Shown piece after piece: positions 39,530 through 53,354 of a stretch of 64,000 nucleotides of DNA (position 1 is its first letter; every line of letters begins with the position of its first letter). The notes under the pieces are model-generated. The model was not told the origin of the DNA and made no database searches. It saw only the letters and a program-made list of their open reading frames with translations. This DNA comes from Chrysomallon squamiferum (Eukaryota; Animalia; Mollusca), in NCBI GenBank assembly GCA_012295275.1, contig CM022672.1, forward strand, positions 22,010,001 through 22,074,000, given 5' to 3'. The position numbers and the translations under genes are program-made.

Positions 39530-39900
39530 TGACAATATAAAAACTGAGTTCATGGTTTGATAGAAACTAAGATCCTGATTTGATTAAAACTGAGATAATG
39601 ATTTGATGAAAACAGAGATCATATCTTATGGAAAATGAAATCATGACTTGATGGAAATTACAACCTACTCTTGATAGACACAAAGATCATGATATGATTG
39701 AAGTTGAGATCATGACAATTTAAACTGAAATCAGGACTTGATGGAAACTGAGATCATGTCTTGATGGAAATTAAGATCATGATTTAAGCAAATTTGAGAT
39801 GGTGACTTGATGGAAGTTCAGATCACTACTTGATGGAAACTGAGATCACTACTTGATGGACATATAGCATTTTGATGGAAACAGATTATGATTTGACTGA
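39530..39900. repeat. Degenerate ~21-bp tandem repeat (GATGGAAACTGAGATCATGACTT-like) abutting the IS5 exon donor
   Basis: Recurrent ttgatggaaa...agatca motif. Confidence 0.8.
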
Positions 39901-39909
39901 AAAACTTAC

Positions 39910-40077
39910 CTTCATCTCTAGAATTAGCATCAATTCTGAAGCAGGCATTGTGGAAAATACCAGAGTAGAACTCTAGGCCAATGATGGCAAAGATGATAAT
40001 TGCAAAAAGCACCAATAAACACACTTGTAACAAAGGAGCCATGGCTCTTATAATGGATTTCAATACTACTTGTAAAC
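39910..40077 (-). CDS. Cav2: Cav2 exon, IS4-S5 linker/IS5 ([18 protein letters not shown]...RIDANSRDE), 168 nt
   Basis: cag acceptor, GTAAGT donor, phase 1 to 1. Confidence 0.95.
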
Positions 40078-41156
40078 CTGAAATCATTAAAAGATATATT
40101 AAATTTTAACATACATACATACATACATTCATACATACATTCATACATAGTTATAAAACAAAATATTTTTAACAATTCAGTAATTGCTAATTAGCATTTT
40201 ACTTCACAATATTTATATTATTTTTTGTTTCACTTTATAGAGAGAATAAATGAATGATAAATGATAAATTACATCAAAATTTCTGAAGAAACAAACAAGA
40301 ATTAAAATTAGTATAGATAAATGAATACTTAGTAATGATATTGAAATACATTTATGTATTCATTATCCATTATTCAGCACTAGTAAATTAATTTATATTA
40401 TGACATAATTATAATAAAATTCATTTACTATTTAAATGAGATAATTATATGATATTCATTTACATTTGAATTATTATTTTTCTACATCTCATCATCATGA
40501 AAAACTAATGGCTGAAGTGTACAAAATAATAAAAATCAAGAAGATTAAAGAGAAAATGATATAAAATTGTAACCTAAATGTAAGTTTAATAATAACCATC
40601 ACCTTATAAATTATCTTGAATATCTGTTATAAATAATAATAATAAAAACAAGGAAAAACAAAAGGGAATATGTATGTGTTATAACCCACAATGAAACTAA
40701 GCTGTGACCACTAATGGAATATGACAAGTTTTAATAACTTCTTACTCACTGAAACTGAATTATGACAAAAGTTTGTTTAAATTTAATAAATTGGTTCATT
40801 AATTTTTAACACAGTGCTTCTTAAATATTTCAATCTGATTAATTCTTGAGTCTACAACAGAAACATTTATTAATCTACAACTGAATTTCAATACTGTTTT
40901 CAGTAATTTTCATCCAATTTTCCATATAGTTTCATTCACCCCCAAAAAGTTTCATTTACCCTATGGTGAACTGTCCACCAGTTTAAAAAAATTAATCATA
41001 GATTTAATCAACTAACTGTCTGTAAAGCTATTATATGTGAAACATATTTGAGTGTTTCTTTCCCATAAAACATATTCCATTAGTGGGATGGGTGCCCCAT
41101 TTGGAACGAGGTAATTCCATTATGGGTTGTACCAAGTGTGTTTAGCTTCTACATAC

Positions 41157-41263
41157 TTGGAATGCCCGAAACCAACTTGAGGGGTCGAAGCACCCTGACT
41201 GCCCGAAGGGTCCGCAGATCAAACGACGAACTCTTGTTTGTGGAATGCACCAAGGTGACGAAC
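41157..41263 (-). CDS. Cav2: Cav2 alternative IS3-S4 exon B ([35 protein letters not shown]), 107 nt, canonical IS4
   Basis: ttgcttag acceptor, GTATGT donor, phase 2 to 1; canonical Cav2 IS4 sequence [21 protein letters not shown]. Confidence 0.93.
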
Positions 41264-43151
41264 CTAAGCAAGAACAAATTTGGGAACCAAGGTAAGGATG
41301 GAATAAGGATTTTGGGTTAAATTGGCTGGGAATAAAGATATATATGAATAAACAGTTCTAATGGTCTTTTTGGTCAAATAGAACTGAAGACAAAAATGTA
41401 TGAAAGGTTGAAATAAATTGGGAATGAAAATACATCTTCTTGATTGAAACTGGAAAAGGAGTTAATTAATAAATAAAAAGGTTGAAAAGAATTAATAATA
41501 ATAAATGTTAAAAAATGATTAGTAAACACAAATAATGTTTTTAATTATTACAATTTATTTTTTCTAAAAACGTTTTAAAGAAATTAGGATGAACATTTTT
41601 GGTTCTTCTTGCTATTCTCTGCAATACAAAACAGTAAAATCATTCGTTTCTAAATCGAAAAGCTTGATTTTTTCTTTCATTTATTTCTTTATCACACATT
41701 AGTAAAATTACTGAACTGAATACAACTGCCTCTCCATGCCTTCCATTATTTTACATAATATTCTGGATAAAAACAAGCTTTAAAGCCCAGCATGGTTGCT
41801 TAACCACTCAACTTAATGACAGTATTGAATACTGACTAATTTTTTATATTGTAAATGCAATATTTTATTATCACAAATTCTACATACACAGTTTAAGAGA
41901 AGCAATTTTTCATATTATTATATATTTTTTTATTTTAAATTCAAAGTAATTAAATTTTAATTCTAATTGATTGATGAATACAGATGTATAAGTGAGATTT
42001 AAAAAATGATAATAAAATAATTTACAAAACATGAAGAGATCTAGAACTGGGGGTTTTTTTGGAGAAAAAAAAGAAAAGAAAGCAAAATGACTGGTTACTT
42101 AAATAGATGATCAATCAAATTTTAAATTGTGCATTTTGAAGTATCATTGAAAAACAACAACAAACTAAATTATTTGCACTGCTTTCTCTTATAAAGCGTT
42201 CCAATAGCAACTGCTAAATATTCATATTTTTAACAATACATCAACATGTTTTAATGTTGCTATGTTTCTATCACAGATTTCTTGTAAAATAAGGTATGAG
42301 AGAGAAAACCTGCTGTTGTTATTCAGAGTTGTAGACATATAATCATTTTATTTGTCAGCCCAAAAACATTAATTAATTTTTGTATACAGAGAAGCACATT
42401 CCACAGACTTTGTAAAACAAGATACAGGACATTGGCTGGAATAATAAATAGACCAATGACCTGATTAGGAGGATTGATCTTGCAACCCATCCAACCACAA
42501 CTGTACATTCTAACTTCATCTACAGCTACTATACAAGATGGATTAAATATTGTGAATAAAGAAATAAAAAAAGATTCAGGACAATAAAAATAGTGATAAT
42601 AATAATAATAATACCAACACCATCTGATCCAAAAAAACAACATTTTTTTTCCTCTTAGATTAAAAATACATTTAAATGCCAATTCAAAAGATCTCATCAT
42701 ATGAAAATAAACAATTGCTGGAATAAAATTTAAAATAAATCAGTTTATTACTGTATAAGAATATTCAAATGTTGGTGTTTTTGTTGTTGTTTGTTTTTTT
42801 TTTTTTTTTTAATTAATGATCAAGTTGATCAAAACTGAATTAAAAAAATAACAGTAATCAATATTAAATATTTCAAATTAATTTTTTTTTTTTTTTTTTA
42901 ACATATAAAAAAATTATTTATAAATGAATATTATGGCAATAATGGTTGAAACAGTTCTTTTGCATTTATTTATTTATTTAATAATATATTTTAAATTCAT
43001 TTTAAATATGACATAAGCAGGTTTCCAGTGCACCAGGATCTATGGATATATTGGAAGGAAATAATGATCAAAGCCCTTATCCCTCAGTTGTTTCTTTTGT
43101 GTGTGATGAATATATAGGATCACTTTTGTAGTTTTTCTCTCTCTAACTCAC

Positions 43152-43243
43152 TTTCTATGCCATTAACCAACTTTAATGGTCTAAGAACCCGAAGTGACCG
43201 TATGGCACCTTGGTCTAAAGATGGAAATATCACCTCTACCAGC
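43152..43243 (-). CDS. Cav2: Cav2 alternative IS3-S4 exon A ([30 protein letters not shown]), 92 nt, mutually exclusive
   Basis: tttgacag acceptor, GTGAGT donor, phase 2 to 1, open frame with S4 motif RVLRPLKLV; absent from the ORF track. Confidence 0.88.
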
Positions 43244-43992
43244 CTGTCAAATGAAACAGTATGCACAACAAATTGAACTCAGTATTAATGTTCCTGGCAC
43301 TGAAACACCTTTGTTTGTTTAACTAACTTAGAAAATATGAATTTTGTATGGCACATAATCTGATGTTTTGTTAAAAGTGTCTGTCTGAAATGAAACAGTA
43401 TGCACAACACACTGAACTCAATATCAAGTGATCTTGGAACCATGACTTCTTTGCTTGTATAATTAATTTAGAAAACATAAGAGGTTATTAAATACTGAAT
43501 AAGATATAAGCCAGTTTTTTTAGTAGCAATGGCTCTGATAATTCGGTTGTTTGTGAATTTTAGTTAACATCACTGTTTGTTTGTCTTTTTTGATTTTTTA
43601 GCTAAATATTATAATTCTTTTGTGGTATTTTTTAATTATTTTTTGGCTGTATTTTTTTATTATTATTATTTTGTTCTTTGTTATGACCTGTATCTTTTCT
43701 ATTTTTGTTATTATTATTATATTATTATTATATTATCATCATCATCATTGTTATTGTAATCATTATCATAATAATTATAGTAGTAGTAATAATATTAATA
43801 ATAATAATAATAATAATTATTATTATTATTATTTTTTTTTTTTTTTTTTTTTATTTACTTTTGTGTATGTGCATATGTCTTTAAATGAACATGATAGTGG
43901 TTTTCAGCCATATTATTTCAAAATTCCAATCTTTATCGAGTGAAATAATAAAACATTAAAGGAACATTTTATCTTTGTTTTCTGATACTTAC

Positions 43993-44132
43993 CCTGTAAC
44001 AACTACTATAAAATCCATTATATTCCAGACGTTGCGTAAGTATGAGCCTTTGTGTAAAACAAACCCTAGAGCTACTATTTTTAGCATGGCTTCTACACAG
44101 AATATCCCCAGGAAGTAAACTTCTGTGTCATC
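43993..44132 (-). CDS. Cav2: Cav2 exon, IS2-IS3 ([47 protein letters not shown]), 140 nt
   Basis: ttttcag acceptor, GTAAGT donor, phase 0 to 2. Confidence 0.95.
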
Positions 44133-44600
44133 CTGAAAAACAGAACACACATATAATAAATACATTTTATATATATATACAGAGTGAGAGATAACACACA
44201 CACACACACACAAACTTATATATATATATATATATATATATGAAAGAAAGAAGAGAGAATGGAATAGAAAACGATATTAAGAAAACCTGAAGGGTCTGTT
44301 TTATATTTTGTTATTAAACAAATATTTTACACTTTAATTTCTTCTTCCTTTTTTCCTTTCTTTTTTCTTTTATATTTCTTTGCAGAATAAAGAATAAAAA
44401 TGCTATAATTTTACATTAAAATTGTTATTTTATTGTCAAAGAAATAAAATCTTTTTTTCACAAAAAACGAAGAATATTTTTATGCAGCAAATAATACCTT
44501 TGAACTTATATGAAGCAGAAACAAATAATTTTAACAATATTTAGTTTCCTTCAGTGTTTTTAGTTTCAAAAAATAATCAGTTAAATAGTAATAATAATAA

Positions 44601-44639
<39 letters not shown>

Positions 44640-45996
44640 AATAAAATAAAATAAAATAAAATAAATATTAATTTAAAAGAATAATAAAAATCATTGCAAA
44701 TATACTTTCAAGATCAAAAGAATTTCAATGTAACAATTTATAATTTATTGAAATGAGAATGGTCAGTTGTTTTCATGGTGGCTGTTTCACAACCTGTGTA
44801 CAATATGGCACATATTGTTAAAGGATCCATCTAATATTACTACATGTTGTCTGTTTTAACAGTCTGTTTAATATACAATAAATCATGTGATAATGTGTCT
44901 GTTTAAGTAGATCCCATTTGCTGAAATGCTACCTCCTGTACAATCAATACAAAAATAATTATACTTAGTGAACAGTTCAGCTGCTTTCATGCATAAAATA
45001 CTTATTTAAGCTGGATTTGTTGACAACCAAATAAAAATAAATGTATATGTCTTTGGTGAAAACTTTAGTGAAAATTAAATAACAAAAGCTTTAAAAAATA
45101 TATTTTTGTTTAAATGAAATATAAATAAATTTAAATTCCATTGATGAAAGTTTTAGATGTTGTTGTTTTTTGTGTTCATTTTTAAAATCTTTAATGGTCA
45201 GTGGTGAAACCATTAAAAAAAATAATATAAAAATCTTAATAAATATTTATTTAATTTATTTTAATTTTTTTATTATGACAGTGAAATAAAAATAAACTTA
45301 ATCACTGGTGATAAACATCATTTAAATTTTTAATAAAATCATATGAAACAAATGTCATAACAGACATAGAAGTAAAGTTATTATCCTAATCTTTTATTAT
45401 CTTTGCTATTTTTTTTTTTTTTTTTTTTTATGACTGCCAAACAAAAATATGGATAAAGCAAATTTCTCATTACAGTTTGACCTTTATAGAATATATTAGC
45501 CAAATGTGTTTTTGAGATTTCCTAAAGCTGCAAGACAAAAGTGTGACTATTTGATCCTGATAAAGTTTGCATCTAAAGCTGAGTTCACACCTACAGAATT
45601 AAGGTAAATGATTTTATGAATGTCCAAAAATACAGCGTTTAAAACAGGTTAAGAATACAAAAATATATATACATACACACTAAACACAGATGTTTTTCAA
45701 ATTTAATTTAGCATTAAGTAATATTTTGTGATTTTATATAGATAGATTAATACAATATTTCTTATCAATCTATCTAACAGTTTCAACTAAATAACATGAA
45801 AATATAAATAAAAATGTAGCTTAAAACTTCTTTATGGTTATCATAATTAATCTAGACTACTGTAATTATTTCATTTCATTTGGCAATTACACTTATTATC
45901 AACCAGACAAATTCCATACTTAATTCTAAGATGCTTTGTTACCATGGCTTCCATTAGCCAACTGAATACTGAATATTGATATAAAATGTTTGTAAA

Positions 45997-46047
<51 letters not shown>

Positions 46048-46164
46048 TAGTCTGACATAAATAAAAACAGAAATGGAGTAGAACCATACTGACTGATGAT
46101 ACAAATAGACGTAGAGGCAGACAGACAATAGACAGAAATATGTAAATAAGTAAACAATACTTAC

Positions 46165-46270
46165 TAATTGTACAGCTAAAGGTGTCTTGTCTTCCTCGGG
46201 AAGGTGTTCCTCCAAGGCTAGCACTACACAGTTTGCTATGATAGTCAGCAGCACCATGTATTCAAATGGC
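46165..46270 (-). CDS. Cav2: Cav2 exon, IS1 ([35 protein letters not shown]), 106 nt
   Basis: AC acceptor preceded by U12 branch TACCTTAAC; GTAAGT donor at 46164; phase 2 to 0. Confidence 0.93.
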
Positions 46271-46288
46271 GTATACAGAGTTAAGGTA
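46271..46288 (-). promoter_or_regulatory. U12-type 3' splice region (branch TACCTTAAC plus AC acceptor) of the AT-AC intron upstream of IS1
   Basis: Minus strand reads taccttaac-tctgtatAC|G CCA TTT GAA; no usable AG acceptor at the junction. Confidence 0.9.
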
Positions 46289-46985
46289 ACAAACTGTCTC
46301 AACAACAACAACACAACAGCAACAGCAATAAAAATAATAATAATAATAGTAACAACAATAACAACAACAAATGTAAGAAGAACAAAAGTGAACAATTTTC
46401 TAGGCATTTACTGATACATTCATACATACATACATTCATAGGTGTATATAAATATGTGTGTGTGTGTGTAGGTATATATATATATATATCTATGCATACA
46501 CACAAATACAGAGAGAGACAGAAAGAGATACACACATTATCTGGCTCTAATCATTAATGTATAACTGCAGGCACATCTTTACTAACTGAAACAAAAAACA
46601 TGCCAAAAGCATGCATTTTTTGCATGCACATGCATGCATACACATACACACACACAGACACACACACACACACATGCCTGTATATATATATATATATAAA
46701 CCTTTTCTAGCTTGCTATACATAATTAATATTTTAAATAATCGTGACCCCTTTCACATGATATACTGAGGCTGTAAGTGATTTTCTCAATAGCAGTGTAA
46801 TTACAGTTAACTGTTTATTGATGAGAAACCAAGGACTCTGCGTGCTAAAGGAAGTCTATCTCTGTCCATCATGTTTCAATTTTACTCTTTCTTTTTTTCC
46901 TTAAGGCTTAACAATTAAATTACTTTTGTTCTCAAGTCCTTCATTGGTATATTATTGCTTAATAAAATAATCCTTAGAATCTTAC

Positions 46986-47071
<86 letters not shown>

Positions 47072-50000
47072 TTACTACTATTATTACTATTATTATTATG
47101 ATTTTTATTATTATTATTATTGCATTATATAATAGAATATTTACTGAACATAGTCACAGATTCTCAGAGTATTCTTACAGAACACAGCTGGTTTTACTGC
47201 TGATCATCTTTTGGACATCTGCTTTTCTCTTCAGGGAAGTTTCCTTTACTAACCAGCAGCAAATTCTATTTCTCTGACTATATCTAATTAAGAATCAGGT
47301 AGGTTCATTGCTGTTTCAGGCTGACCAGAGGCTAAATTCCAGACTGATTATTGGCTAAGGGACCCATTAGACACAGGACTTACAAATATCCTGGATCATA
47401 GGCTTGAGAAGTGAGCTGTATCTCCCTAGTATAGGACTAATGTGTCATATGTCCTGATATCAAAACCTGTGACTGGATTATATGCTTTTCCTGCTTTGAC
47501 TCTATCACAATTTTTAAAACCTCAATATGTTTTGATGATCTATGAGAAGGTGCAAATATATAGATAGACACACAGGCAGATAGATAAATGGAGAGACAGA
47601 CAGATACATACAGACAGATAGATTGATAGGACATAGAAACATATATTCCTTGCTGCTCATTTGCATAACACTTTATCATTTTGTTTATATATTAGAAAAC
47701 ATCCAGCTTTCAATGTGTTAATTATCAATACAGATGTAAAAAAAAATGTATTAAAATATTTATTTATTTATTTAATCATTCATGATTTTTTTTTTTTTTT
47801 TTTTTTTTTAAATAAAAAAAAAAATCATAATTCTAACTGTCATAACAGAACATGTTTTCAATCCATTGCTTTCATTTACCAAAAACTCTTACTCCAAAAT
47901 CTGCCTCATTACAGAGTTCTGTTGTTTGACCAGTGAGTCGCCCCATTCTGTACTTTCACTGGCTTTCTTCCAACATCAATTATAAAGGGATTACCAGATA
48001 TTCAGTAACTATGTTCAAACTGTCATTTCAGTTCTCCTCCATATCCTAATTTGCATAAATTCCATCAACACTCACGGACAACGACTCAGCTACAGCAGCC
48101 ACTGACAGTTATAAATCCAAGCGTTTATGAACTCTATTAACTGTTGGATAAACCACATAATTACGTTTACTTTGGTTCCTAAGAACGAATATGCAGAAGA
48201 TAAGCAAAACGATTTCTCCAGTCGTGTATATACAAGTTAAGTGTGATGGAATGCTTTGTTAATAAAAATAATGTGGTAATATATTTAACTAACTGTAGAT
48301 AGTGTTATGGTAAATACAGATTATATTTTAAATATTTTCTTTAAGGAAAATGTGTTTATTATTATTGTTATTATTATTGCGGTTGTTACTGTTGTTGTTG
48401 CTGCTGCTGCTGCTTCTGTTGTTTATCATCATTATCATTACTGTTGTTAGTAGTATCAAGCTAATATGCTTATTAATATTAGTAGCAGTACAGACACCAG
48501 ATGGTTTATCCGACAAGTTTGGGACCAGAGATAACCTGGTTTTCAACTCATCTAAGTAACTCTGCTTTTCTTTGATACTCCAAACGCAAAAATATTTTAT
48601 TTTTGGTTTTCTACAAACAATCTGCCTTTTAAAGATATTAAAATTACAATAACATGAGACAAGTAAGCATATATCATTATGTTGAGAAGGGAAAATTTAC
48701 ACAGCAGCTGCAATATTGAATCTGAAATGAGACGCACACATCACAGAAATAAATACAAACGCGACCAAGAAGCGAATTACTGTGAAGCCCGCCAAATTCA
48801 AAATTATCAGTTGTTAAAATCGCCGACTACCGTGTTATGATTGTTGTTGCTGTGGAAGTGTGGTAGTAGTTGAGGTAGAGTCATAGTAGCAGCAGCAGCT
48901 GTAATAGTGTTTGTATTAGTAGTAACAGTAGTAGTAGTTTTTGTTGTTGGTATTTATTTATTTATTTTATTTTATTGTATTGTATTTTTTTAATTTTTTT
49001 TATTATTATTATTTGGTATCAGTTACCAGCGTTACATTACATCATAACGGTACGAACGAGTTTGTTTTGTAAACTTTTGTACTGCGTTTTGCATTTGTTC
49101 AAAACGTTTATTTATTACTATTATTTTTACAGCACGTTTATTTGCAGTCGACGGATCAAACTGTTTTATGGGAACAAAACGCAGCTGTGAAATTATAAAG
49201 CATCACCATAAACCTTTATTTACAGTTGTATCGATTAACGCCTAGACAAAAAGTCCTCTGTGTAAAATAATAGGAACTATGTCTGTTACGTTTAACAAAT
49301 CTGACATTTAGACAAACCATCTGCGCCACTACAGTTAATTACTAGTAGCAATGCAAAGCTTTCCTCACAGTCATTAGTTTATTTGGATTAAACGATACAA
49401 TGGCCGGCATGACGTCTACTATTTTTGCGTGGACTATTTTCATGAACTTTTTTTTTTTTTTTTTTTTTTCCCCACATGACAATGACCGAAATTATATTTT
49501 CGTGTGTGTGTGTGTGTGTGTGTTTTTGTGTTTGTTTGTTTGTTTGTCTTTTTCCTGGTGATTTAATAAATTTGTGCCTGGTATATATCACCAAAGTCGT
49601 CTGAAAGAGATTATTATTCACCCAAAAATCTTGTTTAAAAATAGCTTTGGCTATATACGTCCTCCATAAGTCTTTATTTCTATACATGCAGTCGCTTAAA
49701 GTGCTAGCCGTATTATTCAAAGCATAACTGAACGGAAGATCAAATACAAATTAAAAAATAATAATAAAATATATTAAAATAAAAATGTACGTGCACTTTC
49801 CAGTTCTTTATTCACTATTAGTATTAGGAGGGGGGAAATAAGACAGAAACGAGAAAATGAATAGTTCCACACAGAAAGTAAATTAATTAAGGTTTGCCTC
49901 GATTTCAATTTGGCGGCTAACTAGTTTGCCCGTTGATCACCTCGAATCAGACGTGCTGTGTAATTAAATTAAATTGACCACTGATTATTTGCTCCTTCTC

Positions 50001-52302
50001 CATGTCTAAATGAATGAACTTCATGGCTGGCTAATGGATCGATTCACTGAGTGTAATTACGAAAGAGATAAATACGTAGATTAGACTGACACCGTGAGGT
50101 CGGAAATGAGCGACCAGGTGACAGATTGAACTTCCCATACTTTCATCATGGCGTTGTGATCATAATAATAATCGTCAGTCTGGTATGCTAAACCTGAGGT
50201 GTCTCGATCGTAATATTTCAGTAGATACAATTATTAACTCATTTGTTACAAAACAGATCTATATTCAAACTGGTATGTGCTGTTTCAACAGCTTTTTTGT
50301 ACATACAGGCGAAGGATGGAGTGTGCAGAGGGAGGGGGAGTCTTCAAATTTAGAATTTCATGATATTTTTAATATGGATAATGCTATATTTATTCAAATT
50401 TTGTGCATTTGTTTATGGATAAAAAAAGAAAAAATCTTGTTTACAGATTAAAAAAAATCCTAAGTATTCGACTCAAATTCATTCACTTTTGTATTTTTTA
50501 TAAACGTTAACCAACATACGGTGATTTGCAAAATGATGAAATGTGACTGCAAAGTAACTAAATATAGCACTCGTGTCAAAAACGCAAGAGACCATCAGCT
50601 GATCGATGTACGTGCCAGTATCAGCAACGCAGCTGACGTCGCAAGAGTGCACGTCACGACTCGAGCCTGACATCGGCGTCTCGGCAACACACAAGTGAAC
50701 GACGTTCAGGGATGTGCCCTCTAAACTCTTCAGCCAACGACATCAATCAGCACGCGACCAGCACGCACAAGATCCCGCTACATCGATTAAGACACAATGA
50801 CTTGCTCGATTCTAGGATGATCTCACTTCATCAGAATGTTTATGAAAGTTACTGTGTAAATGTGTGGAGAAAGGATGATTGGCAGTGAACTGTTTGTTAT
50901 TAATTTTATTTATTAAATAACAAAAGTTACACTGGGGGCCCTTCAGCGCTGATAGAAATCTATTACAAGTGGGGTTTTTTTTTTTCGTTCTTTCTTTTCC
51001 TTCTTTCAGTTTTTATGACATGTGAATGTTTAATAGCGAAGGAATTGGGAGGCATACATTGCGATACATGAAAGTTCTGAGTATATCAATGTTTATGTAT
51101 AAATGCATAAAACTAATTATTTAAAGCGATGAATAAGGAATTAAATAAATGTAAATGAAATAAAATAAATAAATAATAATTAATATGGACTGGTCCTGAT
51201 GACAGACACAATTCCTGAAATGAACTATATTTTGGGAGACACATTGTTTTTTTTCCAATTCTGACCATCTAAAACTTAAATCCTCTGATGATGTTTTAAT
51301 AACAAGAACCTGAGTTCAAATTTTAATATTACACAATCGCATTCTGCTTCTGAATCTGTGATGCAGAGTTACATTACTGGTTTTATTTCAGAATTCATTT
51401 CGTTCTTCTTTTTTTCAGAAGGTAAAATAAATTACTTCTGTAATACTTCTGTTACGGGGCAGGAGTGAAGGTTATATCGCAAGTGACAGATAATATTCCA
51501 GCGGTTTCGTTTCAAATTCGTCACTTATGGCATTCATTATGGGACGGTATCTTAGAATCTTGAGTGGACGATTTCTCAAGAGGAAGAATTATTGATTCCT
51601 CATCGTGCGCCTTCAGCAACACAAACCAATTTAACCGTGCCGTCTCCCAGAGACAAAATCTGGACACGACCTCAACATATCCTGACATCAAAATGGTATC
51701 GCGCATACAAATACAAAATTATCTACTTTGGCAGATTTGTTTTCCAAACATGTAACCTTCGTCAGAATGACGTTCACGTATATTCGAGAATATGTCGCCT
51801 GCCTGCCAGTCGCAGAACTTGTTTACCGTATTTTCGGTTCAGTGTAGTCCAAAAAAAAAAAGAAAAGAAAAGAAAGTCAGTGAATATATTTTAATATATA
51901 AGCATGATTGGTCTGAAAGATGAATTTGTAATTCATTTGCAATTTTGATGCAGTCTCTGAAGTATAATAATAGTTATGAAAAATACTAAATAAGATCTTT
52001 TTGTTCAAAGAAGCTATTTTTGTTGTTGTTGTTGATGATGATGTTGTTATAAATTTTGTCTCCTGTTCTAATAAAAGAACAAAATATTATTGAAGGAAAT
52101 ATCAGTTATTATTATTATTATTATTAAATTAGTTACCATTTATTTTATTTTATTATGATTATAATGTGACATCTCTTTATGTATTTAAACTACAGTAAAG
52201 CTGACAGAGACAGAGGCTCGTTAGATAGATTGAGATAAAACAAAAAGGAGTAAAAGAACACTGTTTATATTCTGTATCCATTAAATAAAGTCATTCAGCG
52301 CG

Positions 52303-52338
<36 letters not shown>

Positions 52339-53302
52339 TAATGAGGGGGAGGGGGAAGTATTTAAATTAGTTAAAAAAATGAAACCAAGCTATATGCACT
52401 AAAAATTAGAATGAAAATTCTTAAGTTGTAAACGGCTTTTATGATTTTTTTAAATATTTAATATACAAAATGATTTAACAGTTAGTACTGACCTTTCACA
52501 GAAACAATTACATCAGCAATCAAATCAATATAAAAAAAAAATAAAATAAAAAAAAAAAAAAAAAAATTAATAAGAAAGGAAAAAAGTATTCCAAAACGTG
52601 GTTTTGTAACGTTACGTCATAATGCTATGACGCTAAACTCTCTGCAATGTTAAATTCTTCCGTCACATTCTGCACTACAGAAGCGTTTTAATTAGCAAGC
52701 AATGTTTAGGAAGAAGTTAATTTAGAGAAGATCATTTATTATATATTTTGTTTTGATGTGTATTGATTCTTCTCCTTATTATCGTTGTTATTTATTTATT
52801 TACTTACTTTTTATTTTATTTTATTTATTTATTTATTTTTACTTTTTTTTTTTTTTTGTTTGTTTGTTTGCAGTTGTGATATTACTTGTTCATATTACTT
52901 GTTTATATTTTGTATAGAAACTTTTTTCCTTTCTTTTTTTTCTTCCAATGAACTAAAGTATATGTATAATGTTGTGCGACTTTTGCTCATCTTGTAGTAC
53001 ACACACTCTCTTAAATAGGTTATCCTCTTTCTGAGTACAGTAATACATTGTGACAAACTGCATTAGTATCCAAGCTTCATCTCTACATCAACAATTTTTT
53101 AGATAACAGAACAGAAAGAAATAGTAATAACAGAATCCCGGACGAACCAGAGACGGCTTTAGATGTATTATGTATGACGTTTATCATTCCGGGATGAAAG
53201 AAAAGACCAGTACCAGAATATTAATATTTATTTCATTAAAAATATATTTTTATAATGATTAACTGACTATTTGATTACTGTAATTATGCTAGGCAGTCGT
53301 TA

Positions 53303-53354
<52 letters not shown>

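Noticed and set aside
46599-46640. GCATGCA-TTTTT-TGCATGC hairpin and TGCATG cluster upstream of the IS1 exon
   Set aside because: Continuous with a (CA/TG)-type low-complexity tract next to a constitutive exon; likely microsatellite-derived.
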